NCBI GenBank assembly: GCA_963662395.1
Contig: OY759511.1
Coordinates: forward strand, 4,100,820-4,164,819
Direction: 5' to 3'
Origin: Paracoccaceae bacterium
GTDB taxonomy: Bacteria; Pseudomonadota; Alphaproteobacteria; Rhodobacterales; Rhodobacteraceae
Length of the DNA: 64,000 nucleotides
Shown here: positions 45,936-55,935 of the stretch, piece by piece
Numbering within the stretch: position 1 is the stretch's first letter
How the letters are laid out: the number at the start of each line of letters is the position of its first letter
Translations under genes and position numbers: made by a program
The notes under the pieces: generated by a model
What the model saw: the letters and a program-made list of their open reading frames with translations, nothing else
Databases searched by the model: none
What the model was told of the DNA's origin: nothing

Positions 45936-46187
45936 ATCAGATGTCGATCAGAATCTCTACATTTAATCTCCCGGAAATGCAATTCTGATTTAAATCATTT
46001 TCACAATTATTTATACGTATCTTGAGAGGATTTGTGCTTGTCGGGCAGGATAATATGATGTAAAACAATATGTTATGGAAGGACAAGACGACGATCTGTA
46101 TTGGATAATGTAGGCTGCAAGTCATTCGTGTGAGTTTCACACCAAGTCACCGACCTGATCGGATACTACGCGGCAATGTCCGGTCGG
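45936..46187. other. AT-rich spacer of unknown origin
   Basis: Runs such as TTTAAATCATTTTCACAATTATTTATACGTATC. It is visibly far below the GC of the flanks. No convincing ORF. Confidence 0.5.
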
Positions 46188-46508
46188 GGAATCGGGAGAC
46201 AGGGCCGGTTTCGGGCCATTTCCCGCCAATCGGCCCGGTTTCGGCCGATCTTCACGAGGCAGGCATCGGGCAGATACGCAATCCGCAGGAAATGTCCGGC
46301 GAGCCTCGCACCCCGGACATCAGGCCGGGTGCCAAATCCGGGGACGACATCCCGGCCCTCCTGCCGGAACCGGTGCCGGGAGCAGGAAAGCTGCTGCCGG
46401 ATAGCCGACAATCTCCCGGACCGGGGTCAGATCCGCCGGTTACCGGCGCTCCGGACGGGCGTATTCGGGGTTGGACCTTGCCGAAAGGGGGTTCTCTGGC
46501 GGGTGCTA
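46188..46508 (+). mobile_element. Internally deleted remnant of the ISNCY/IS1182-like element
   Basis: 46188-46400 parallels the 5' leader and first ~35 codons of 15521-downstream (QIRNPQEMSGEPRTPDIRPGAKSGDDIPALL versus MRQIRNPQQMFGEIRIEEIRLDAKSRDDIPALL). It ends with GGTTCTCTGGCGGGTGCTA, matching the 13881 terminus. Confidence 0.5.
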
Positions 46509-47378
46509 GGGCCTGTTGACAATCATGTTGCCGCAACCACGCCACTGACGAGATGAATCGCCGCCGCGAAGCTCGTGTCGGTCTTGTCGTAGCGGGTCGC
46601 CACTGCCCGGAACTCCCTGATCCTTGCGAAGAAGTTCTCGATCCGGTGGCGCCACCGGTACATCTCCCGGTCATGATCCCGGGGACTTGTCCGGTGGCGC
46701 CTCGGGGGAATCACCGCCTCTGCCCCGCTTGCCTCGATTTCTGCCAGCAGCCAGTCGGCATCGAATGCCCTGTCGCCGATGAGGGCTCCGAAGGGGAGGT
46801 CCTCGAGAAGAGCCGGCACGCCGGCCAGGTCATGTGCCTGTCCGGGAAGGATCACGAAGCGCACGAGGTAGCCAAGGGCGTCCACCACGGTCACGATCCT
46901 GCCGGTCAGGCCGCCCCGGGAGCGTCCGATCCCCTGCTTCGAGGTCCCCCTTTTGCGCCGGCCGCCTTCCGGTGCGCCTGGACGATGGTGCCGTCCACGA
47001 AGATGTATTCGAGGTCGAACTCATCCGGGGCTCGTTGAATACCTGTTCGAAAATGCCCGAAAGCGCCCATCTGCGGAAGCGCTTGAACACGCTGTTCCAG
47101 TTTCCGAAATGCTCCGGAAGGTCGCGCCATGGCGATCCGGTGCGGATCCGCCACAGTACCGCCTCGAGAAACTGCCTGCCCACTGCCGCGGTGACACCGG
47201 GATCGGTCGCCTTGCCGGGCAGCATGGGGCAGGTCCGCGCCCACATGGCGTCGGTGAGTACCGTCCTGTCTTCATTCATCCGTCATTTTCCTCACCTGCT
47301 CGTGCCGCCATTCCGGCGTGCGTTGCAGGGAAAATGGCATTGACGCGGCTGATTCGCAACCCGATTGTCAACAGGCCC
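46509..47378 (-). mobile_element. IS5-family (IS427-group-like) IS, copy 2 (870 bp)
   Basis: Same termini as copy 1. TA duplication at 46507-46508 and 47379-47380. Confidence 0.85.
46523..47279 (-). pseudogene. orfA/orfB transposase of IS copy 2; orfA carries an uncompensated frameshift
   Basis: The N-terminus is intact (MNEDRTVLTDAMW...VGRQFLEAVLWRIRTGSPWRDLP...FNEP). DEFDLEYIFVDGTIVQAH then continues in another frame. The orfB part is intact. Confidence 0.7.
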
Positions 47379-47747
47379 TAGTCCAGCAGATTGCCGCTGG
47401 CCAGAGTACCCGTGGTCGCGTCCGAGCCGAACAGCGAGGTGACGCCGATATCCGGGAATTCCGGTATGCCGACCAGTGCGGCGCCGGCCGGCAGCCAGCC
47501 AGCCAGCCGCGCCGCCAACACTGGCCGAAGGATCCTGCGAATTCGTGCTGCAAGCGCGGAACTTGATTGCGGACATGATCGGCATTCCGATGCCGACAAG
47601 GACAGCCGTGGCGCCGATGAGTTGTCCAGGATCGGTGATCTGGCCGGTCGGCGTGTTCGCGACGTCTCCCAGGCCCTGCCGGGCAAGTGCCGGCACGCAC
47701 ATGCATGCCGCCGACGTGCCGATTGCAACGCGAGAAAGGCGTTTCAT
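47378..47747 (-). pseudogene. Signal-peptide/membrane protein (pilin-like by shape only), frameshifted at a (GCTG)4 run
   Basis: MKRLSRVAIGTSAACMCVPALARQGLGD...GATAVLVGIGMPIMSAIKF...GGAAGWLAAG is in one frame. AALVGIPEFPDIGVTSLFGSDATTGTLASGNLLD-stop is in the +1 frame. Confidence 0.35.
47492..47507. repeat. Tetranucleotide run (CAGC)4 on the + strand, (GCTG)4 on the coding strand
   Basis: Counted directly. It coincides with the frame switch of the gene above. Confidence 0.9.
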
Positions 47748-47770
47748 GATCCCGGTTCCGCGAGTGCCTG

Positions 47771-48514
47771 TCATCGCGGGTGCTTCCTTTCACCTTGCAG
47801 TGGCGGCTGCTCGCGTATTGCAAGGGCGGTCCATGGCAGGAAGGCACCGCCGCCGGCCGGGCCCGCTGCACCCACTCCGTCGGCAAGGTAGCCACCTCCG
47901 CCTTGCGTCTGGACACCCGTCAATCTGCCGACATGTGTCGCGCTGCCCTCCGCAAGCCGCGTCATTGCGATCCGGCATGCCTGCATGCGGCCTCCATTCG
48001 CGCCGGCCGCGGCGTCCGGCATGCAATCCGGCCGAAGGCCGCAACCGGCAAACTGCCGCAGGCCGCCCGGGCCGGGAAAATGCGTGGCGGCCAGCATGCC
48101 GCCTTCAGTGACCCTGACCTGACCGACTTCGGTCCCGACCAGCGACCTGGTGCTGCCGAGGCGTTGCCAATTCGGCGCGGTGCAGTGATCGAAGGCCTCG
48201 TTCTGCGCATCGAGATCCGCAGCGAACTCCCTGTCGGAAGTGATGCTCCATGGATTGCCCATCCATTCACCCGAGCGGGTCTTCCGGCCGATGTCGGCCA
48301 GGGCGGCATCGGTCATCTGGCGGCAGCCGACCGCGCCCGAATGCGGATTTCGGGCAAGACGGCGTTCGGACCGGCCGCATCCTCCGACCTCGTGGCGGAT
48401 GACTTGCGCGCGGTGGCTGCCGCAATCCATGCTGCCGGCCAGGAGAGTCGCGGGCAACGATACGAGAACGATGTGAAGAAGGCCCCCGACCGCAACCGGC
48501 TTCCAGTCAGGCAT
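47771..48514 (-). CDS. Putative lytic-transglycosylase-like (SLT-type) protein with N-terminal membrane anchor, tentative
   Basis: VAVGGLLHIVLVSLPATLLAG is a hydrophobic N-terminus. IRHEVGG...NPHSGAVGCRQMT loosely fits the E-S...S-GA-G-x-x-Q SLT pattern. The stop overlaps the downstream ORF start. Confidence 0.35.
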   Translation of the reverse strand: MPDWKPVAVGGLLHIVLVSLPATLLAGSMDCGSHRAQVIRHEVGGCGRSERRLARNPHSGAVGCRQMTDAALADIGRKTRSGEWMGNPWSITSDREFAADLDAQNEAFDHCTAPNWQRLGSTRSLVGTEVGQVRVTEGGMLAATHFPGPGGLRQFAGCGLRPDCMPDAAAGANGGRMQACRIAMTRLAEGSATHVGRLTGVQTQGGGGYLADGVGAAGPAGGGAFLPWTALAIREQPPLQGERKHPR

Positions 48515-48958
48515 GCAGACTACCGGCCTGGTCCTGGACGGAACAGGGCGCTGCCCGAATGGAATGAAAGTTCAAGGAGGTCACGATGCCACGACGATTG
48601 CGTTTGCGATCACACCATCCCTGTTTCGGATCATGCCGATTGGCGGACACCGTCGGCGCCAGCGCTCCCGGATGCTGCGCAGGCGACGACACGGGCGTAA
48701 CAGGCGATGCGACCGGAGACGTCATTGGTCTGCCGTACCTGGTATCTTGCTGCAAGACGCCTGTGGCATGCGGTGACTTCCGGCAGCCTGCCGTGCATCC
48801 GCCGCCGCTGACCGACAACAGGTTCCTCCTGATTGTTTCCGCGCCGGAGCATGCCCCTTCAATCGCAGGCCCAGGCAGGCCTGGTCCACGAGGCCAGGCG
48901 AGAATCTTCCGGAACGGTCCGGACAGGCTTGCCCGGATAATCCTGGACGGTACGTCTT

Positions 48959-49663
48959 TCACCCTGTAGCCCGCTGTCCCGTGGCGGCGCGCATCTCTCC
49001 CTTGCCGCCGCCGCTGACCGACAACAGCTCATTCGCACGTTCGGTAGCGCGTTCGATATGCTCGCTCATGAGGCTCACGGCGAGCGCCGCATCCACGGCC
49101 TTGACCGCGGCAAGAATTTCCTCGTGTTCCTGGTGGTGGGGATCAACGAGGTCCGGGTCGTTGACGACCATGTAGTGGGTTAGCCGGGCCAGGCCGACAT
49201 ATTGCTCCGAGATGATCGACTTGGCTCGCCCGTAGGCCGACGGAGCAAGCAGGGCCAGATGAATCTGCTCGTTCAGCTCAACCTTTTCCCAGAGGTCGCT
49301 GCACGCTCGATCCCTCTCCAGTAGCGACTCGCAGGCCGCCAGTGATTCCGATGTATGGTGTGGCACCGCGTCCCTCAGCACCATGGGCTCCAGGCCCCTC
49401 CGAATGCTGTTGATTTCCACGAGGTCATGCCCGCAGATATCGGCGACAATCGGGCTGCGTCGCGCCCGCAGGATGATCAGGTCTTCCGCTGCAAGAATTC
49501 GGAATGCCTCGCGGACCGGAACGATGCTGACTCCCAGCTCGTTGGCAAGCGGCATGATCTTGAGTTCGCTACCACCCTTGAGTTTCCCGGCGATGATGCG
49601 CTGCTTGATCTCTTCATAGATGGCCCGCGGTCCATCTCCGTATTTGACCGGTGTTTCTGCCAC
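48959..49663 (-). CDS. GntR/FadR-family transcriptional regulator (234 aa)
   Basis: GTG start at 49663 with a GGAG-containing SD upstream. AIYEEIKQRIIAGKLKGGSELKIMPLANELGVSIVPVREAFRILAAEDLI is the GntR winged-helix domain. The C-terminus is a helical FCD-like domain. Confidence 0.8.
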   Translation of the reverse strand: MAETPVKYGDGPRAIYEEIKQRIIAGKLKGGSELKIMPLANELGVSIVPVREAFRILAAEDLIILRARRSPIVADICGHDLVEINSIRRGLEPMVLRDAVPHHTSESLAACESLLERDRACSDLWEKVELNEQIHLALLAPSAYGRAKSIISEQYVGLARLTHYMVVNDPDLVDPHHQEHEEILAAVKAVDAALAVSLMSEHIERATERANELLSVSGGGKGEMRAATGQRATG

Positions 49664-49677
49664 GTCGTGCTCCGCTC

Positions 49678-51144
49678 CTACACCGCTGATGCTGCCAGCA
49701 AGTGAATCCGGCTTGCGAACTTGCACAACATCAGGTCCGAGTATTTTCGTGTGATGAGTTGAATGCCCGCCGGCATCTCGCCATCCGATTTTCCCAGCGG
49801 CACGCTCACCGCCGGATTGCCGGGCAGGCTGGCAAGGCCGAACCAGAAATGCTGCTCCACGACAGGACGCCTTGTTCCGTTGACCTCGACCGTCCGCTCG
49901 AACGCACCATCTGCCATCTCGAAGAGGGGGGCAGTTCTTGCTCCCGAAGGACAGATGAGCAGGTCGAACTCCTCGAAGAACCTGTCCCATTCCCTCGTCA
50001 ATGAAAGACGCTCTTCCTGCAGTTCGAGCCACCCGCGGTGCGAGAGATCTGCCCCCTTTGCAGCTGGTCCGGAACATGTCCTGTCATCGCCTTTGCGAAT
50101 GTCCCCGGAAGAGTTCCATGCAGGGCCGAGCGACGGTCTCGTCGACGTTTCTGCCCGAACCAGGAGATTCATGATTTCGGTGTGCCTGGCAAGGTCGATT
50201 GCCGGTCGGGCATTTCGATCGATCGTTGCACCGGCACGTGCCAGGGAGTCGACAAACCTGTCCATCCGGTCCAGGTACCTGGAATCAACCGGGCACAGTT
50301 CGTGTTCCAGCAGCACCGCAATCTTCAGGTCTTGCAACCGTTTCGGGCGGTGGTTCTTCAATTGGACCCGCCAGGCGGAAGCTGGCGACGCCGGTCCGGC
50401 AAGCACTCCCAGGAACGTCGCTGCATCGCGTGCCGATCGCGTGATCGGTCCGGCCACGCCGATGTCCGGCTCCCTTGCTTCGCCGAGCGGACTGTGCCCG
50501 CGCATCGGAACCAGGCCCCAGGATGGCTTGAGCCCGAAGACACCGCAGTAATGCGCTGGCAAACGGATTGATCCGCCAAGGTCGCTGCCAATGTCGGCAT
50601 AACTCATGCCGGAAGCCACCGCTGCCGCAGACCCGCCCGATGATCCCCCGACGCCGCGCCTGTAATCGTGCGGATTGCGGGTGCTCCCGCAAAGCGGGTT
50701 CCAGGTTTCCCAGTCACCCAGATAGGCCGGGATGTTCGTCTTGCCGAAGATCACGGCCCCGGCATTTTCAAGGCGCTCCACGACGACAGAACTCGCGTCC
50801 TTGATTTCTCCCGCGCGGTCGGGATCACCCCAATGCGTCTGCCTGCCTTCCCAGTCGAAACACTCCTTTATCGTGACTGGAACTCCGTGCAGCTGACCCC
50901 GGCCATGGCCAGCACGCTGCAGCCGGTCGCAGCTGTCGGCCGCATCCCGGGCTGCGGAATGCTCCTGGTAGATGATCGCGTTGATGTCATCATTGAGCAG
51001 GGATGCCCGCTCATAGCATGATTCAAGTGCCTCCCTGGCAGTGGTTTCCCCATTCCGGAGAGCTTCCTGCAGTTGTGTCGCATCAGCGTAGATGACTCCG
51101 GGCCCGGTTCCGGTGTTCCTGGCAAATTTCCGGCTTGCAATCAT
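49678..51144 (-). CDS. Amidase-signature family amidase (488 aa)
   Basis: [10 protein letters not shown]...GKTNIPAY...[43 protein letters not shown] is the AS signature. ATGA overlap with the upstream ABC ATPase gene. Confidence 0.85.
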   Translation of the reverse strand: MIASRKFARNTGTGPGVIYADATQLQEALRNGETTAREALESCYERASLLNDDINAIIYQEHSAARDAADSCDRLQRAGHGRGQLHGVPVTIKECFDWEGRQTHWGDPDRAGEIKDASSVVVERLENAGAVIFGKTNIPAYLGDWETWNPLCGSTRNPHDYRRGVGGSSGGSAAAVASGMSYADIGSDLGGSIRLPAHYCGVFGLKPSWGLVPMRGHSPLGEAREPDIGVAGPITRSARDAATFLGVLAGPASPASAWRVQLKNHRPKRLQDLKIAVLLEHELCPVDSRYLDRMDRFVDSLARAGATIDRNARPAIDLARHTEIMNLLVRAETSTRPSLGPAWNSSGDIRKGDDRTCSGPAAKGADLSHRGWLELQEERLSLTREWDRFFEEFDLLICPSGARTAPLFEMADGAFERTVEVNGTRRPVVEQHFWFGLASLPGNPAVSVPLGKSDGEMPAGIQLITRKYSDLMLCKFASRIHLLAASAV

Positions 51145-51917
51145 GTGGCCTCGAGAATCTTGCTCAGGAACTGTTTCAGCCGTTCATTCTGCGGGTTTCC
51201 GAAGATGTCGTCCGGTTTGCCCTCCTCGACGATGGCACCCTCGTCGAAGAAACACACACGGTCGGCAACCTCGCGGGCAAATCCCATCTGGTGAGTGACA
51301 AGAAGTATCGTGTAGTCGCCCGATTTCGCCAGATCGCGGATGACATTCAGGACCTCGCCGACCATCTCGGGATCAAGTGCGGAAGTCGGTTCGTCAAACA
51401 ACAGGATTTCCGGGCGCATGGCGAGTGCCCGGGCGATGGCCACCCGCTGTTGCTGGCCTCCGGAGAGTTGGCTGGGGTAATGATCACGCTTGTCACTGAG
51501 GCCGACCATGTTCAGGAGTTCAAGTGCCTCCGAAGTGGCCCGGGCCTTTTGCATCCCCTTGGATTGCACGGGTGCCTCGATGCAGTTCTCGAGCGCGGTC
51601 ATGTGGGGGAAAAGATTGAAGTTCTGAAACACCATTCCGATCTTCGAACGGATACCCCTGATGTATGACTTGCTTGCCGGCACAAGCTGTCCGTTCTGCC
51701 GCATCAGGTTCAGGGGCCCGCCATCAACGAAAATGATGCCTTCCTGGATGCCTTCAAGAGTCATCAATACACGCAGGACCGTGGTCTTGCCGGACCCCGA
51801 CGGCCCTATGATTGCGACGACCTCGTTTTCATCCACGTGAAAGTTCAGCCCCTCGAGGACGTTGAGGCTGCCATAGACCTTCAGGACGTCTTCAAACATG
51901 ATCTTGGGGTTGCTCAT
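51141..51917 (-). CDS. Polar amino-acid-type ABC transporter ATP-binding protein (258 aa)
   Basis: GPSGSGKTT (Walker A), [15 protein letters not shown] (signature motif), [11 protein letters not shown] (Walker B). Start at [10 protein letters not shown], overlapping the permease stop. Confidence 0.9.
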   Translation of the reverse strand: MSNPKIMFEDVLKVYGSLNVLEGLNFHVDENEVVAIIGPSGSGKTTVLRVLMTLEGIQEGIIFVDGGPLNLMRQNGQLVPASKSYIRGIRSKIGMVFQNFNLFPHMTALENCIEAPVQSKGMQKARATSEALELLNMVGLSDKRDHYPSQLSGGQQQRVAIARALAMRPEILLFDEPTSALDPEMVGEVLNVIRDLAKSGDYTILLVTHQMGFAREVADRVCFFDEGAIVEEGKPDDIFGNPQNERLKQFLSKILEAT

Positions 51918-52579
51918 TTCAGGATGCTCCTCTTGAGCCTGATCTCCACGATGCGGACCAGTTGGGCGGAAAACAGGCTCATGATGAGAAAGAACACGCC
52001 GGTAATCGTGACGGCTTCGGTGAACCGGTAGTATTCCGAACCGATCAGCTTCGATTCGTGCATGATCTCGCCAACGGCTACAAATGAAAGCAGGGGCGTT
52101 TCCTTGAATATGGCGATCAGGTAATTTCCGAGGGCTGGCACTATCGGCGGAAGAGACTGCGGAAGAATGATCCGCCTGAAGGCGGTGAAGGTCGAGAGAT
52201 TGAGTGCCGTGGCAGCTTCCCACTGGCCGCGGGGAACCGCCTGCAGGCCAGCGCGATAGACCTCGGCGCACAGGGTCGAATTGTAGAGCGCAATGGCGAT
52301 AATTCCCGATGTCAGCGGCGGCAGCACAATTCCCGCTTCCGGCAACAGGAAGAACACGAAGAATATCTGGACCAGCAGGGGCGTCGCCCTGATGACTTCG
52401 ATGAACTCGGTCACGACTTTCGACACAACCGGGTTCCTCGACATCTTCAAGAGCATCAGGATCAGGCCACCGACGAGTGCAAGCAGGAATGATACGAAGG
52501 TCGCATAAACCGTGATACCTGCCGCATCCCAGAGCCGTGGAATGACAACGTCAAACGTGAAGTCCCACCGCCAATCCAT
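51914..52579 (-). CDS. ABC transporter permease (His/Glu/Gln/Arg/opine family), 221 aa
   Basis: Multiple TM segments. [21 protein letters not shown] is the EAA loop. Confidence 0.85.
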   Translation of the reverse strand: MDWRWDFTFDVVIPRLWDAAGITVYATFVSFLLALVGGLILMLLKMSRNPVVSKVVTEFIEVIRATPLLVQIFFVFFLLPEAGIVLPPLTSGIIAIALYNSTLCAEVYRAGLQAVPRGQWEAATALNLSTFTAFRRIILPQSLPPIVPALGNYLIAIFKETPLLSFVAVGEIMHESKLIGSEYYRFTEAVTITGVFFLIMSLFSAQLVRIVEIRLKRSILK

Positions 52580-52582
52580 GGG

Positions 52583-53302
52583 TCAATGCCCCCGATCCAG
52601 ATGCCTCGTGAACCGGTCTTCGAGTGCACTGCCGCCAAGCCGGACGAACTGGGCAAGGCAATAGTAGAGCATGACCGTAACGGCGAAGATCTCGAGCGTC
52701 CTGTAGTGAAGCTGGTTCTGCTGGGCCGACGCGTAGGTGATATCGACAAGCGTGACCGCCGAGACCAGCGAGGTCGCCTTTATCAGTTCGATGGTCAGGT
52801 TTGTCATTCCCGGCGTCATGACCATGATGGCCTGGGGGATCTCGATGCGTGTCAACCGCCTCCAGTCAGTCAGGTTCAATGCAATCGATGCCTCAAGCTG
52901 GCCCCGCGGAACAGCTGCCATCGAGCCGCGGACGATTTCCGCCCCGTATGCACCGAAATTGAGGCCGATACCCAGGATTCCGGCTGTCATCGGCGTCAGC
53001 ACGATACCGAATTCGGGCAGGACGAAATACAACCAGAAGAGTTGCACCAGCAGCGAGGTTCCGCGGAACACCTCGATATACGCGATCGAGATCCAGCGGA
53101 TGGCCGCGACCGAGCTGTCCTTGGCGATGCCGGCGACAAATGACATGACAAGAAAGAGCAGCGCCGAGAGCACGGAGATCTGGACCGTGACCACGGCACC
53201 GCGCAGCAATGCCGGCAGAAACACCCGCATCTCGGAAAATGTCGCGAAACTGAGTCCGAAGAGGAACCCGGAGAGGGCAAGCACAGCTGCAATACGTGTC
53301 AC
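52583..53302 (-). CDS. ABC transporter permease, 239 aa
   Basis: GTG 53302 is preceded by GGGAGGGAGGAG. EASIALNLTDWRRLTRIEIPQ is the EAA loop. Confidence 0.8.
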   Translation of the reverse strand: MTRIAAVLALSGFLFGLSFATFSEMRVFLPALLRGAVVTVQISVLSALLFLVMSFVAGIAKDSSVAAIRWISIAYIEVFRGTSLLVQLFWLYFVLPEFGIVLTPMTAGILGIGLNFGAYGAEIVRGSMAAVPRGQLEASIALNLTDWRRLTRIEIPQAIMVMTPGMTNLTIELIKATSLVSAVTLVDITYASAQQNQLHYRTLEIFAVTVMLYYCLAQFVRLGGSALEDRFTRHLDRGH

Positions 53303-53376
53303 CGCGGACGACTCCTCCCTCCCATTGACCAGACCTCGCGCATGCATGCTGCCCCGATCAAGGCCAGGGCTGCAAC

Positions 53377-54909
53377 CTATTCCCGTCTGCCTGACCGGAG
53401 GTCGTCGACGCCCCTGTAGCACCAGGCGGTGTAGGTACTTCCCCGGCGCAGGTAGCGTCCGCCCGTCGGCGAGTGAGGATCGTCCCAGGAATGGACCTTC
53501 CCCCGTTCAAGCGCCTCTCGTACCAGGAGTCGGGTCTTCTGGTTCCGGACAATCCTGGCCCGAAGCTCCTTCAGATCACCCCAGGTTGCGTCGACCAATC
53601 CCCGCAATTCCGTTTCCTGTCCGGCGGCTCGGGTCTGCCCGGCCAAATTGTCCAGTTCGAGCGGGTCCTCGTCGAGGTCGAAGAGGAGCGGCTCGGTCGA
53701 AGAGGAATGGATGTACTTGTACGGACCTCGCTTGACCATCATGACAGGCTCGACCACACCCTCGCAGGTCATTTCGCTGAACACGGTGTCAGGCCAGCCC
53801 CGTGAATCACCCAATGCGAGCGGGGTGATGCTGTTTCCGGCGACCGGTTCGACCGGCTCAAGCGATCCCGACCCGCCGGCAATGTCCACGAAGGTTGGCA
53901 GGAGATCGACCAGTGATACGTTTTCCCGAACACGCAGCGGTGAAAATCCCGGCCCGCCGAGGATCAGTGGAACCCTGACGGAATCCTGGAAGAACACCTT
54001 CTTGAACCACATGCCGCGTTCACCGAGCATCTCCCCGTGGTCGGAAGTCAGCATGATGGTCGTGTTGTCGGCGAAACCTGCCTCCTCGAGAGCGTCCATC
54101 ACACGCCCGATCATGCGGTCGATGTAGGACATTGAGCCGTAATAGGCGCGGCGGGCATTGCGGATATGCTGTTCGGTGATCCCCGGCGAGGAGAGATTGT
54201 AGTGGCGGTAGATCCTCCTGCTGTGTTCATCGATGCGGCTTTCATCGAGCAGCCCCACAACGGGCAATTCGATCTCGTCATCCGTGTACATGTCCCAGCA
54301 GGATTGAGTGCAGAGGAACGGCTCATGTGGATGGGTAAAGGACACCGTCAGGAAGAAACTGCGGGAATCCTCGCTCCTGGCCAGGTCGAACAGCTTTTGT
54401 TCGGCGTGAAATCCCACCTCCTCGTCATAATCCATCTGGACCGTCCTGGGCACCGGTCCGGCCTCGACCAGCGCCTTGTGCGCGTCCGTGGCGAAATCAT
54501 CATCCACGCCGTCCCATTGCGGCAGCGTCCGGATGTCTGCGGAGTAGATTTCGGGCGTAAGGCGTTCCTCGAAACCGTGCAACTGGTCCGGTCCGATGAA
54601 GTGCATCTTTCCGCAGAGCGTCGTCTGGTAGCCCAGCAATCGCAGGTAGTGCGCAAGTGTCGGAATCGTCGCTCGAAACTCCGAAGCATTGTCGTAGCAC
54701 TCGATCCTGCTGGCGAGTTGACCGCTCATCATCGAGAACCTGGACGGCGCACAGACCGGAAAGTTCGTGTAGGCATTGTCGAACACCACGCCCCGCTCTG
54801 CAAGCCGCTGGATGTTCGGTGTCCTGGCGGTCCTGCCGCCATAGGTCGACAATGCCGACGCGGCCTGCTGATCAATCATCAGGAAGAGGATGTTCGAACG
54901 CTTGTACAT
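53377..54909 (-). CDS. Choline-sulfatase-like (BetC-type) sulfatase, 510 aa
   Basis: ILFLMIDQQ...FPVCAPSRFSMMSG carries the CxPxR formylglycine motif. Also GKMHFIGPDQLHGFEERL and LTSDHGEMLGERG. Confidence 0.85.
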   Translation of the reverse strand: MYKRSNILFLMIDQQAASALSTYGGRTARTPNIQRLAERGVVFDNAYTNFPVCAPSRFSMMSGQLASRIECYDNASEFRATIPTLAHYLRLLGYQTTLCGKMHFIGPDQLHGFEERLTPEIYSADIRTLPQWDGVDDDFATDAHKALVEAGPVPRTVQMDYDEEVGFHAEQKLFDLARSEDSRSFFLTVSFTHPHEPFLCTQSCWDMYTDDEIELPVVGLLDESRIDEHSRRIYRHYNLSSPGITEQHIRNARRAYYGSMSYIDRMIGRVMDALEEAGFADNTTIMLTSDHGEMLGERGMWFKKVFFQDSVRVPLILGGPGFSPLRVRENVSLVDLLPTFVDIAGGSGSLEPVEPVAGNSITPLALGDSRGWPDTVFSEMTCEGVVEPVMMVKRGPYKYIHSSSTEPLLFDLDEDPLELDNLAGQTRAAGQETELRGLVDATWGDLKELRARIVRNQKTRLLVREALERGKVHSWDDPHSPTGGRYLRRGSTYTAWCYRGVDDLRSGRRE

Positions 54910-54998
54910 TTCCGGTCGTTCCCCGACCCGTTCGATTGGAGTGATTGCCCCGGCAGAATTGCCGGCCGGCGGCCGGCGATTCCTTCGGAATTGCCCTG

Positions 54999-55850
54999 TC
55001 AGCCCTCACACAGGTCGGTTGTGCTTTGCGAAGGCAGTTCGTCCGCCATCATCCCGTGTCTCTCGAAGATCGCAAGGTGTTCCGGTGAACCGATAAAGGC
55101 GGTCAGCTCCTCGTTGAACGCGTCAACGAAGTCGCCATCTTCCTTGCGGAATGCAAACGCGCCGTGCGGCATCGCCACCCTTCCCGCCACCATGTTGAAC
55201 GCCGGGACCATCTCCAGATCCTGTTCCGGCACCCCGTTCACCACTTCACGGCTTCCGGGCACGGACAGGGCATAGACTTGTGCCCTGTCAGCCCGCAATG
55301 CGGCAATGGCTGTCGGGTTGTCGGGAATCTGCATGATGTTGGCTTCCCCAACGCCCGAATCCCGGGCATATGTGCCCTGTGCGGCACCCGAAATCACTGC
55401 GACGGTCAGTCCCTTCTCCGCAATCGAATCATAGTCGGTCACGCCGTGCGGGTTGCCCTTCATGACGATCAGGGATTGCTGGATTCCGAATGTCGGCTCC
55501 GAGAAACGAACTTCGGCGCAGCGCTTCGGTGTAACGAACATGCCGGCGGCAACGACATCAAAACGCTCCGACTTGACGCCCGGGATGAGGGCACCCCACT
55601 CGATTGCCTTCGCATCGGCAATTCCGCCACCCAGTCGATCAAGTACCGCTTTCAGCGTATCGACATCAGTGCCGGTCAGGACTCCGTCTTCGCCAGTATA
55701 GGCATAGGGCTTGAAATTGTAGAAAGCGACGTTCAGCCCGTCATCCATGGCCTGGTCCATCAGGCTCTGGGCATGTGCGGTCAGCGATCCCATTGCAACC
55801 GCTCCCGCCAGTCCTGCTGCATACAGCCTGTTTTTCCAACCTGTCTTCAT
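54999..55850 (-). CDS. Periplasmic substrate-binding protein (EhuB/polar amino-acid family), 283 aa
   Basis: Signal peptide MKTGWKNRLYAAGLAGAVAMGSLTAHAQ. SBP_bac_3-like body (GTDVDTLKAV...WGALIPGVKSERFDVVAAGM). Confidence 0.85.
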   Translation of the reverse strand: MKTGWKNRLYAAGLAGAVAMGSLTAHAQSLMDQAMDDGLNVAFYNFKPYAYTGEDGVLTGTDVDTLKAVLDRLGGGIADAKAIEWGALIPGVKSERFDVVAAGMFVTPKRCAEVRFSEPTFGIQQSLIVMKGNPHGVTDYDSIAEKGLTVAVISGAAQGTYARDSGVGEANIMQIPDNPTAIAALRADRAQVYALSVPGSREVVNGVPEQDLEMVPAFNMVAGRVAMPHGAFAFRKEDGDFVDAFNEELTAFIGSPEHLAIFERHGMMADELPSQSTTDLCEG

Positions 55851-55935
55851 CTTGGCTACTCCTTTCTGAATGTCTGTGGACGAGTCGGCGCGAAAGCCAC
55901 TTCACGCCGACGAGTTTCAATGTACTGCTCTTGCC

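Noticed and set aside
45937-46140. 67-aa minus-strand ORF in the AT-rich patch
   Set aside because: It has a low-complexity, Ile/Leu/Asn-rich translation typical of random AT-rich DNA, and no SD.
48801-49027. 21-bp repeat GCCGCCGCTGACCGACAACAG at 48801-48821 and 49007-49027
   Set aside because: It is real in the sequence. The second copy lies in the GntR 3' end, so this may be a small duplicated fragment of that gene. It is too short to interpret and has no associated feature.
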